From: Bacteroidota bacterium
GTDB taxonomy: Bacteria > Bacteroidota > Bacteroidia > Chitinophagales > UBA2359
NCBI GenBank assembly: GCA_020628015.1
Contig: JAHDFT010000003.1
Coordinates: 1 to 42,630, forward strand
Reading direction: 5' to 3'
DNA: 42,630 nt
The notes below the pieces were generated by a model. The model saw only the letters and a program-made list of their open reading frames with translations, was not told where the DNA came from and did not search any database. This document shows positions 13,200-20,956 of the stretch, in pieces. The position numbers and the translations under genes were made by a program. The first letter of the stretch is position 1. The number at the start of each line of letters is the position of its first letter.

Positions 13200-14462
13200 T
13201 CATTTTCGATAAATTACCATCCCCCACCCTAGTAATAAAAAGGATAAAGCTATAGATTTATAGCGTACTAAAGCTCCTATATTCGCTGCAATCGCTCCAC
13301 TAAATAATAGAATAGAAAAGGCAAAAAATAAGCAAAACCAAAACCAATTGCGTTCTTTTGGAGAGAATTGAAAATAATTTTTCCAACGCCATAAAGCTAC
13401 AACTCCAACACTCCATAATAATAAGTTTTCTAAAACTACTAGATTTAAGAAAATACTGGCTTCTTTATTCCACATAGGTTGACACAAAGTATTGTAAAAA
13501 GCAGTAGGTAAGGTTTTTATAAAGCCCCAAAGTGTAGGTTCCATTAGGGGTAGAGGTAGATCACTATCCCCCCATTCATACACCACAAAAACATATTGAG
13601 TATAAGCCAGACGAGCAAAAAAATTAAGTTGTGGATGTAATTGACTTATTATATGAAGTGCAAACAATCCAAACATATAAAAAATAAGGTATTTAATTAG
13701 TATAAAATGTGGCTGCCATTGATTCAATAACCAAATAAAGGAAACAGGAAAAAGTAACAATAACATATGCGGCCGAATCAAGCCCAATAAGGTCCAGTAA
13801 ATCAATACAATTAATAAGTGTCTATATTTGCGTTGCTTTAATTGTGCAAATTGGTATAAATGATAACAACTCCCCCCTATACACCACCAATTTAGGGCCT
13901 CTTTATGCAAACCTGATCCCCAAAAGATGGTAGATGGCCATAAAAATAGAATGATACTACAAAAAATACTTTGGAATAAGTCAAGTCTTTTATCCTGTAA
14001 AAAGGAATGTGTTTTATAAGTTGCAACTAATCCAATAAGGGCAAAGAAATTGAAAAACACTAAATGTACATTATAAAAACCACCCGAAATTAAACTAAGT
14101 AGGGCATTAATACGATACATAATATAGGTTTTTGTATCTACCCAAGTCCCTAATTGTTTAATAATGTGGCTTAAATGTTCGGGCATCTGCCCACCATTTT
14201 TCCCAAAAACCAATCTTATAAAGTGTAGTGGATTGGTCCAAAAGGTTTGACCAATGATATGACCACAATCCAAATAAGCATAAGTATCTCCTCCACGATA
14301 ATAAGTCAGGTGCAAATACCCATAAACAATACCTACTCCGATTTTAAGCCCAAAAAGCAATACTATCCAGCACTTGTTTAGTCCTGTCAATTTAAAAAAA
14401 TGACATCGACTAATTATAAAGGCAAATAGCCCTGCATATAGTAGCAATAGAAATATTTCCAT
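13200..14462 (-). CDS. Polytopic integral membrane protein (at least 10 predicted TM helices); possibly an envelope glycan polymerase or glycosyltransferase
   Basis: 420-aa ORF that is almost entirely hydrophobic helices rich in W/F/Y/L. It is divergent from an asnB-like amidotransferase, as often seen in polysaccharide loci. No catalytic motif recognised. Confidence 0.55.
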   Translation of the reverse strand: MEIFLLLLYAGLFAFIISRCHFFKLTGLNKCWIVLLFGLKIGVGIVYGYLHLTYYRGGDTYAYLDCGHIIGQTFWTNPLHFIRLVFGKNGGQMPEHLSHIIKQLGTWVDTKTYIMYRINALLSLISGGFYNVHLVFFNFFALIGLVATYKTHSFLQDKRLDLFQSIFCSIILFLWPSTIFWGSGLHKEALNWWCIGGSCYHLYQFAQLKQRKYRHLLIVLIYWTLLGLIRPHMLLLLFPVSFIWLLNQWQPHFILIKYLIFYMFGLFALHIISQLHPQLNFFARLAYTQYVFVVYEWGDSDLPLPLMEPTLWGFIKTLPTAFYNTLCQPMWNKEASIFLNLVVLENLLLWSVGVVALWRWKNYFQFSPKERNWFWFCLFFAFSILLFSGAIAANIGALVRYKSIALSFLLLGWGMVIYRK

Positions 14463-14580
14463 ATTTTTACACGCTCAATTCATTGGTAATGGATTAAAAA
14501 GAATCGCATCTATATTTTGGAGGAAGCTACTTTTGTTCATTACTTTTACTCCATTTATATTATACATAAGCATTAAAACC

Positions 14581-16485
14581 ATGTGTGGAATTTGCGGTAT
14601 CTATAATTATCAGTACCCTATTGAAAGGGAAAAATCTGCCATGCAAACAGCCATCCAAAGGCTTAAATTGCGTGGTCCAGATAGTGATGGATTATGGGAA
14701 TCAGATAAGGTGCTATTAGGACATACTCGTTTATCTATACTGGATACAAGTAGTGCCTCTGATCAACCTTTTCAAGAAGAAACAGGAAGATATACCCTTA
14801 TTTTTAATGGGGAAATCTACAATTTTGCTAGTATCAAAAAGACCCTTGAACAAAAAGGGCATACTTTCCGCACTAGTGGAGATACAGAGGTTTTGCTAAA
14901 AGGTTTTATAGAATGGGATTTGGGCATACTCGACCACCTTAATGGTTTTTTTGCCTTCGTCATTCATGATCAAATGACCAATAGAATCGTTGTGGCTAGA
15001 GATCGCATGGGTATCAAACCATTATTGTATTACAATGATGGTCAACATTTTATTTTTGCCTCTGAAATGAAAGCTTTACTCGCTTTTCCTCAAATTCCAC
15101 ACAAGATAAACGATCAATCTCTATTTTTCTACTTACAGCTCAATTACATTCCTTCACCACATTGTATTTTAGATCAGGTACATAAATTACCACCAGGTCA
15201 TTATATAGAAATCAAGGATAATCAGTTTCAAGGGTCAAAGGCTTGGTATAGTCTCCCCCATCCTAGTATTTTTGATCATCAAAATGCACCCAGCTATAAA
15301 AAAGCCCAGCAAGATTTGATTCAATTAATGGAGGAATCGGTTCAATTACGTATGATTTCCGATGTCCCTTTAGGCGTATTTTTGAGTGGAGGCATGGATT
15401 CTTCGGTCATTACCGCCCTTGCTGCTCGTCACAACAAGCAACTTCAGACTTTCTCTATCGGTTTTAAAGATGAACCCCTATTTGATGAGACTTATTATGC
15501 GGAATTGGTTGCAAAAAAATTCCAGACTCAACATACTGTTTTTTCCTTGAGTAATGATGACCTCTTTGCCGACCTCTTTGCCACCTTAGATTATATAGAT
15601 GAACCTTTTGCAGACCCAACTGCTTTAGCGATGCATATTTTGAGCCGACATACTCGAAAGGCGGTAACGGTGGCTTTGTCTGGTGATGGAGGAGATGAAT
15701 TACTGGCAGGTTATAATAAACACCTTGCAGAATTTAGAATTCGACAAGGGGGAATGCTGGTGGAAGGGGTCAAGCTAGGTGCGCCTTTGTGGAAATTACT
15801 CCCTCAGTCCAGAGCCAATCGAATGGGTAATATTGTTAGGCAATTACATCGTTTCGCTTCTGGAGCCAATAATGGTGAGCAGAATCGTTATTGGCAATGG
15901 GCATCTATTCTCCCTGCTCAAAAAGCACTTACTTTATTAAAACATAAATCCAGTATAGACCTCCACAATTACCAAATAGCCAAAAAAACTCTACTCAATG
16001 GCTTACACCCAAATGGAGATTTCAATGAAGTCTTGTATACGGATTTACAATTGGTCTTGGTAGGAGACATGCTCCATAAAACAGATATGATGAGTATGGC
16101 TAATGGCTTAGAAGTTCGCACTCCTTTTTTAGATCACCACTTAGTCGAATATGTTTCTGCCTTACCTAGCTCCTACAAAATCAATAAAAAATACAAGAAG
16201 CGTTTACTTCAGGATGCTTTCCGTCCACTTTTGCCTACAGAATTGTATCAACGTCCTAAACATGGCTTTGATGTTCCTCTATTAAAATGGCTACAAAATG
16301 AGTTGAAAAGCCTATTAACAGCAGAATATTTGAGTTCTAAATTCATCATGGAGCAAAATATTTTCGATAATAATGCAATTCAACAACTTTTAAAGCAATT
16401 ATTTTCAAAAAATCCTGCTGATAGTGCTTTATCGGTATGGTCATTGTTAGTATTTCAGCATTGGTATAAAAAACATTTAGTATAG
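14581..16485 (+). CDS. asnB: Asparagine synthase (glutamine-hydrolysing)
   Basis: MCGICG N-terminus (Ntn amidotransferase Cys2) fixes the start at ATG 14581 rather than the TTG at 14533. PP-loop motif FLSGGMDSS. Length 634 aa. Confidence 0.9.
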   Translation: MCGICGIYNYQYPIEREKSAMQTAIQRLKLRGPDSDGLWESDKVLLGHTRLSILDTSSASDQPFQEETGRYTLIFNGEIYNFASIKKTLEQKGHTFRTSGDTEVLLKGFIEWDLGILDHLNGFFAFVIHDQMTNRIVVARDRMGIKPLLYYNDGQHFIFASEMKALLAFPQIPHKINDQSLFFYLQLNYIPSPHCILDQVHKLPPGHYIEIKDNQFQGSKAWYSLPHPSIFDHQNAPSYKKAQQDLIQLMEESVQLRMISDVPLGVFLSGGMDSSVITALAARHNKQLQTFSIGFKDEPLFDETYYAELVAKKFQTQHTVFSLSNDDLFADLFATLDYIDEPFADPTALAMHILSRHTRKAVTVALSGDGGDELLAGYNKHLAEFRIRQGGMLVEGVKLGAPLWKLLPQSRANRMGNIVRQLHRFASGANNGEQNRYWQWASILPAQKALTLLKHKSSIDLHNYQIAKKTLLNGLHPNGDFNEVLYTDLQLVLVGDMLHKTDMMSMANGLEVRTPFLDHHLVEYVSALPSSYKINKKYKKRLLQDAFRPLLPTELYQRPKHGFDVPLLKWLQNELKSLLTAEYLSSKFIMEQNIFDNNAIQQLLKQLFSKNPADSALSVWSLLVFQHWYKKHLV

Positions 16486-16709
16486 CCATAATATTACTAA
16501 ACACATAATGTATTTAAAAGTGTACAATTTGCATTTTTATTTTAATTTAAAAACAATTTTTATTTTTTTTAGGTAAAAATAAATTCTCCTAGAAGCCTTG
16601 ATATACAAATTATAAAACCACTTCTTATCCTATTCCTGAGCCTCTAACTTACCCGTTTACTTTCATTACGGTATTATTTTTGTGCGACATTATCAAATTA
16701 TACCCTATT

Positions 16710-17732
16710 ATGATGATTAGAGTTATATTGTATATAATATTACTAATTAGTGGTGTATTATTTGGACACCAAAATGCATTTGGTCAAGAGGATAACCATA
16801 TATATGCAAAGGGGATTGTAATAGATGCAGATACAAAAGCAGAGCTAGACAGCGTTTATGTGATTTTATCAGATCTTACCAATAATACGCAGGATACAGT
16901 CTATGTGGTTGATCCTTATGGAAATTTTGCATTCAAAGAATTGGAGAGCAATCACCAATATACTTTGTATGCCACTAATTTAAAGTATGGTAGTGAAATA
17001 GATACTTTTAATACCACCAGTAATGAGGAGGTAAAGGTATTTCACTTCACCTTATATTTTCCTGTTGAAGATCCAACCACTAAAAAAACTATTTTGGAAA
17101 ATGATCTTTCGGATGAGTCCCTGCCAAAATCAACTGAACAGAATACAGGAAAATTGATCAACTATCCTCCAAATGTTTCTAATACATCAGAGGAAGCGGC
17201 AACTGTTAATATTACTATAACTCCTCCTTCTAAAAAGGCCAGTTCCTATACTTCTACAACCAAAATAAAATCGAATCCTCAAAAACAAAATACAATCGCT
17301 CCTACAATAACAACCAATCAGAATAAAGAAAACATAGTAAAATCAACAATAACGGCAGATGAAGCCAATAAAGTAAGCGATATAGTTGATGACAAGAAGT
17401 TAGATCAATTGGACAAAATCAAATCTAAGAGCAAAAGTAAATCTAAGGAAGAAATCAAGATTGTTTTTAAAGTTAAAATTGGTGAGTTTGACCATTCTAT
17501 TCCTAGGAATAGTAGCTTTTTAGAAGCAATAAAAAGAGAATATCAGGTCATTAAAACCAATAAAGAAACCTATATCTATTTAGTAGGTAAGGAACATACC
17601 TATATTGATAGTGCCAGATCGTATGAGATTGAATTGAGGCGTATGGGCTATCACAATACAGAAATTGTACCCTATAAAGAAGGCAGAATTATAGATTTAC
17701 CTATTGATGTAGTCATCAAACAACAACGATAA
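16710..17732 (+). CDS. Secreted low-complexity protein with a probable C-terminal SPOR-like domain
   Basis: Signal peptide begins at MMIRVILYIILLISGVLFGHQNAFG. An N-terminal beta-rich CarboxypepD_reg-like segment is followed by a T/S/N/K-rich linker including KSKSKSKSK. The last ~80 aa (IKIVFKVKIGEF...YIYLVGKEHTY..ARSYEIELRRMGY) have a SPOR-like pattern. I chose the ATG start at 16710; the ORF track begins at a TTG. Confidence 0.6.
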   Translation: MMIRVILYIILLISGVLFGHQNAFGQEDNHIYAKGIVIDADTKAELDSVYVILSDLTNNTQDTVYVVDPYGNFAFKELESNHQYTLYATNLKYGSEIDTFNTTSNEEVKVFHFTLYFPVEDPTTKKTILENDLSDESLPKSTEQNTGKLINYPPNVSNTSEEAATVNITITPPSKKASSYTSTTKIKSNPQKQNTIAPTITTNQNKENIVKSTITADEANKVSDIVDDKKLDQLDKIKSKSKSKSKEEIKIVFKVKIGEFDHSIPRNSSFLEAIKREYQVIKTNKETYIYLVGKEHTYIDSARSYEIELRRMGYHNTEIVPYKEGRIIDLPIDVVIKQQR

Positions 17733-17755
17733 AATGATAATTACTCGTATATTAT

Positions 17756-18304
17756 TTATATCGAAGTAATAATCCCATGTTCTGCTGTAGCTTTTGTATA
17801 CAGTCGTCGAACACTTGAATTGATTCCTGAACCAAAAACAATTGCAAATCGCTCAATCATTCCATCAAATATAATTTTCCCTTTCCAAGGCAATAATACG
17901 GTGATGATAATGGTGGGTAGCTTCTCAGTAATCACCTCCTCAAAAGGTCGATTCAAAGCTAAAACGCCATATGGTACATGTTCTTTACTACTAATAAAAA
18001 TAGCATGTTTGGCTCCATAGTTGACCACATAAAAATCACTCTTGACAAAAGATTGCTGAAAATCAAAAATGATCTCTCGTTCTTCTTCTGATAACCTTGG
18101 TCGGCTTTCTTCTACAAATTGATAAAACATAAAGGGATTTTCATAAAGATGATTTCGGGTATCCAATTTTGCCTCCCAAGGCATCCAACCCCAATCTTTC
18201 AAAGTGATCCCTTCGGCTAATATATCTGCTTTTTCGGCACAGAAATACAATAAACGATTGTAAAGCTGTGAAAACTGTTCGTATTCTTTAGGTGGTAGGC
18301 GCAT
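17756..18304 (-). CDS. Hypothetical protein (182 aa), probably translationally coupled to the upstream PD-(D/E)xK-like gene
   Basis: The ORF is open to 18400, but that extension overlaps the upstream gene by 113 nt. The internal ATG at 18304 (MRLPPKEYEQF...) leaves a 17-nt overlap. No recognisable motif. Confidence 0.5.
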   Translation of the reverse strand: MRLPPKEYEQFSQLYNRLLYFCAEKADILAEGITLKDWGWMPWEAKLDTRNHLYENPFMFYQFVEESRPRLSEEEREIIFDFQQSFVKSDFYVVNYGAKHAIFISSKEHVPYGVLALNRPFEEVITEKLPTIIITVLLPWKGKIIFDGMIERFAIVFGSGINSSVRRLYTKATAEHGIITSI

Positions 18305-18902
18305 ATTTTTCTGATTCTTTAATAATGTTTTGTAAAATCCCCAATAATTGTGGTAATTCTTGTATATAGTAGCGATTTCGGTCGATGGTAATAGTATCAT
18401 TTTCTAGTTTTAAAAACCACCACTCTATACCAGTTGTAGAACATCCATATAATACATCCACTTTGCGTCCTTCTTGCTCGTTAAATATTTTAGCCCCCAA
18501 TAACTGAGCAGCACATTGTATCAAACCTTTTTCAATATCCTGTTTTTTAGCTTCAGTAATACAAAAGATAGGTGCTGTAATAAAAGCAATAATCTTTCCA
18601 AAAGACAATAAAAAATCACATTCTCCATTCAAGCCTTTTTTTTCATCTGCTACTAAATTTTCTCCTGAGTAAATGGTAAAAATGTGTTTATTTAATTCAC
18701 TCATCTCTAATAAAATAGGAGTCACTAAACGCTCAGAACGAGATTTCTCACTACTAAAACCAACTGCCTCAGCTTTGTTTAGGGCTGATTTTAACCAATC
18801 ACTTGGTACAATTTCTTCCACTTCTTTCCATAAGTATGTTGCTTTGAAAGAAAGATTAAACCGAGTTTGTAAATCTCTAGCAGAAAAATCAGCATAATCC
18901 AT
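18288..18902 (-). CDS. Small PD-(D/E)xK-like (HsdR N-terminal-like) nuclease-fold protein, paralog 2
   Basis: Same architecture and motifs as 12585..13184 (SEKSRSERLV, GLNGECDFLLS, ITEAKKQDIE, IQCAAQL, YGCSTTG.EW.FLKL, RYYIQ, QLLGILQ). Confidence 0.5.
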   Translation of the reverse strand: MDYADFSARDLQTRFNLSFKATYLWKEVEEIVPSDWLKSALNKAEAVGFSSEKSRSERLVTPILLEMSELNKHIFTIYSGENLVADEKKGLNGECDFLLSFGKIIAFITAPIFCITEAKKQDIEKGLIQCAAQLLGAKIFNEQEGRKVDVLYGCSTTGIEWWFLKLENDTITIDRNRYYIQELPQLLGILQNIIKESEKYAPTT

Positions 18903-18911
18903 AAGCTCTTT

Positions 18912-20168
18912 TTAAACAAACATATAAATTAAATATAAAATACTAAACCCAACTAAAAAAATCATCCCTATCCAGCTCAATACAATCATCCATTTAGGTG
19001 GTTTATCTGCCTCTGGCATCAGCTTACCTGTCACCAATAAATAATTCAAAATGGCTAAAAAAGGAGCTACTAGAAAAGAAAGAATCGTAGCAATATTAAT
19101 CATCACCCCCATTTGGGTAATCAAAAATCCTAGGACAACTAATGCTCCTGTAATAATGATGCCAATCCAGAACCAGTAAAGCTTACGGCTGTGTTTCCCT
19201 TCATATTGGGGCAATAAAACAATTGTCGTTCTACCCAAAACCCTAGGAAAAGCATCCAGACAAGTAAGGGTGGTACTGAACATAGTGGTGAAAGCAGCAA
19301 TGGCAATAATTGGTTTTGCCCAATCCCCCAAACTCTTCGTATAAATGCTAATCAACTGCCCTGCAAACACCCCTCCTTTTGGAGATAATTCTTCTCCAGT
19401 ACCGTACATAGTTAAGGCTCCTAATGTCACAAAGCAAATCGCCAAGAAAACCGTCCCTATATACCCTACATTAAAATCAAATAAAGCGGTCTTTAGGTTC
19501 GATTCTGGGTTAATTTGCTTTTTCTCCAAACTCCAAATCGAACTCCATACCGATAAATCTAATGGTGCAGGCATCCAACCCATCAAGGCAATTAGAAAAA
19601 TGACATCCTTCTGCGTCCAATTAAAACTCGTTTGAAATTCAGGACTGGTGGTTACTTGTCCGAAAAAAAGTAAGGCTAGTACAGCGATAATCGTGGTGAT
19701 GGTTAAGGTAATAATGACCACCTTCATCAATTTGTCCAAAACAGAAAAACGCCCAACCAGCAAAATTCCTGAACAAATCACCAAAATTACTGTGCTCCAT
19801 TGCCAAATCGACAAATCAAATAGGATACCATTGAACAAATTGATGGCTAAAGCGGCCGTAACCACCGTAACTGCTGCTTGGATGGTAAACATGGTTGCTA
19901 TGGTGACCAAAATAAATACAATCAAAGCCCACTTGCCCTGTTTGGCGTATCCATCAATCAAAGTTTCCCCTGTACTCATTGAATAACGAGTGCCAAACTC
20001 AAAGAAAGGATACTTCATGATATTGGCCAACAAAACCGCCAACAATAAACCAAAACCATAAGCTGCTCCTGCCTTTGTAGATTGTACCAAGTGCGATACC
20101 CCTACTGCTGCACCAGCAAACAGTAATCCAGGTCCCATCGCCTTTAGCATTTTTGTCCAATTTTTCAT
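18912..20168 (-). CDS. Nramp-superfamily (COG1914-like) divalent cation transporter homolog
   Basis: 418 aa with about 11 TM helices. The N-terminal GPGLLFAGAAVGVSHLVQSTKAGAAYGFGLL resembles the Nramp TM1 region, but the canonical DPGN metal-binding motif is not present. Confidence 0.6.
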   Translation of the reverse strand: MKNWTKMLKAMGPGLLFAGAAVGVSHLVQSTKAGAAYGFGLLLAVLLANIMKYPFFEFGTRYSMSTGETLIDGYAKQGKWALIVFILVTIATMFTIQAAVTVVTAALAINLFNGILFDLSIWQWSTVILVICSGILLVGRFSVLDKLMKVVIITLTITTIIAVLALLFFGQVTTSPEFQTSFNWTQKDVIFLIALMGWMPAPLDLSVWSSIWSLEKKQINPESNLKTALFDFNVGYIGTVFLAICFVTLGALTMYGTGEELSPKGGVFAGQLISIYTKSLGDWAKPIIAIAAFTTMFSTTLTCLDAFPRVLGRTTIVLLPQYEGKHSRKLYWFWIGIIITGALVVLGFLITQMGVMINIATILSFLVAPFLAILNYLLVTGKLMPEADKPPKWMIVLSWIGMIFLVGFSILYLIYMFV

Positions 20169-20956
20169 AGTCTCTATTTTTGTCCTAAGTGTGTAAGGAA
20201 CAAGTGAAAAATAAGTACTAGTTTTGATTAGGGAAATTTGGCACTAGACGAGGCAAAAAACGTAGGTAATGCAGGGCATTAGCGAGGCTTTTTAACGAAG
20301 TATAGGGGCAAATTTATCAATCAAAATAAAATTTATTTTTTTACTATTCCTAATGATGAAGTTAGGAAAAAAAGCGTTTTTTGGCTATTTATTGAAGGAA
20401 ATTTTGATGACAAGCTGTATATTTGTTGTCTATTTTAAGCCTCAAAGTCACCTTGCCTAAGTTTCATCAAAATGAGTATCTAAACAGATTAATAATCAAT
20501 TTTTTACACCCATTTTATTTTCTTACTTCATTTTTTCTTCATAAGCTCAAATCAATTATAAGCAGTTAATTACAAAATCTATTTATTGTCAATTTATAGA
20601 TGATATTAGATTTATTCTAGTCCATATTTCCGAACCATTCACATATTTTACTATCTTTGCCAGATAGTTTTAGCAAAAACAAAATATATTTAAGGAACAA
20701 TCAACAACAATTTATTTATTGGTTTGTCGCTGACCATTTTACACTAGTTAATGGTACAACAATACCAATAAAAATAGATGAGTATTTTACAATGCCCAAA
20801 AAAAGGTAGGAAGCGAAAAATGTTCAGGGAGTGCTCTAGAAATGAAATGAAAAAAGAAAATACAACTGCCCTTGCATAGTACTAATTGTTAAGTGTACTG
20901 CAATAGAGGTATAGTGTATTTTTTACACTGGTTTCCCTGTATTTGCTTAACCAAAT

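Noticed and set aside
14533-14580. N-terminal extensions in the ORF track for asnB (also ridA at 23662, the radical-SAM gene at 31426, DUF1257 at 31997, rlmN at 42302 and the ARM gene at 30251)
   Set aside because: The extensions start at TTG or other alternative codons, add hydrophobic or odd residues, and in some cases overlap upstream features. Family-conserved N-termini (MCGICG for asnB, for example) identify the internal ATGs as the likely starts.
12585-18902. Composite transposon or mobile element bounded by the inverted paralogous genes
   Set aside because: There is no transposase, integrase or recombinase, and no terminal inverted DNA repeats were recognised. The paralogs are only about 55% identical at the protein level. 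The cargo looks like ordinary envelope genes.
20169-20330. yybP-ykoY manganese riboswitch upstream of the Nramp-like gene
   Set aside because: I could not find the conserved four-way-junction sequence features (for example the GGGGAGUAG-type L1 and conserved L3 motifs). Only short generic palindromes are present.
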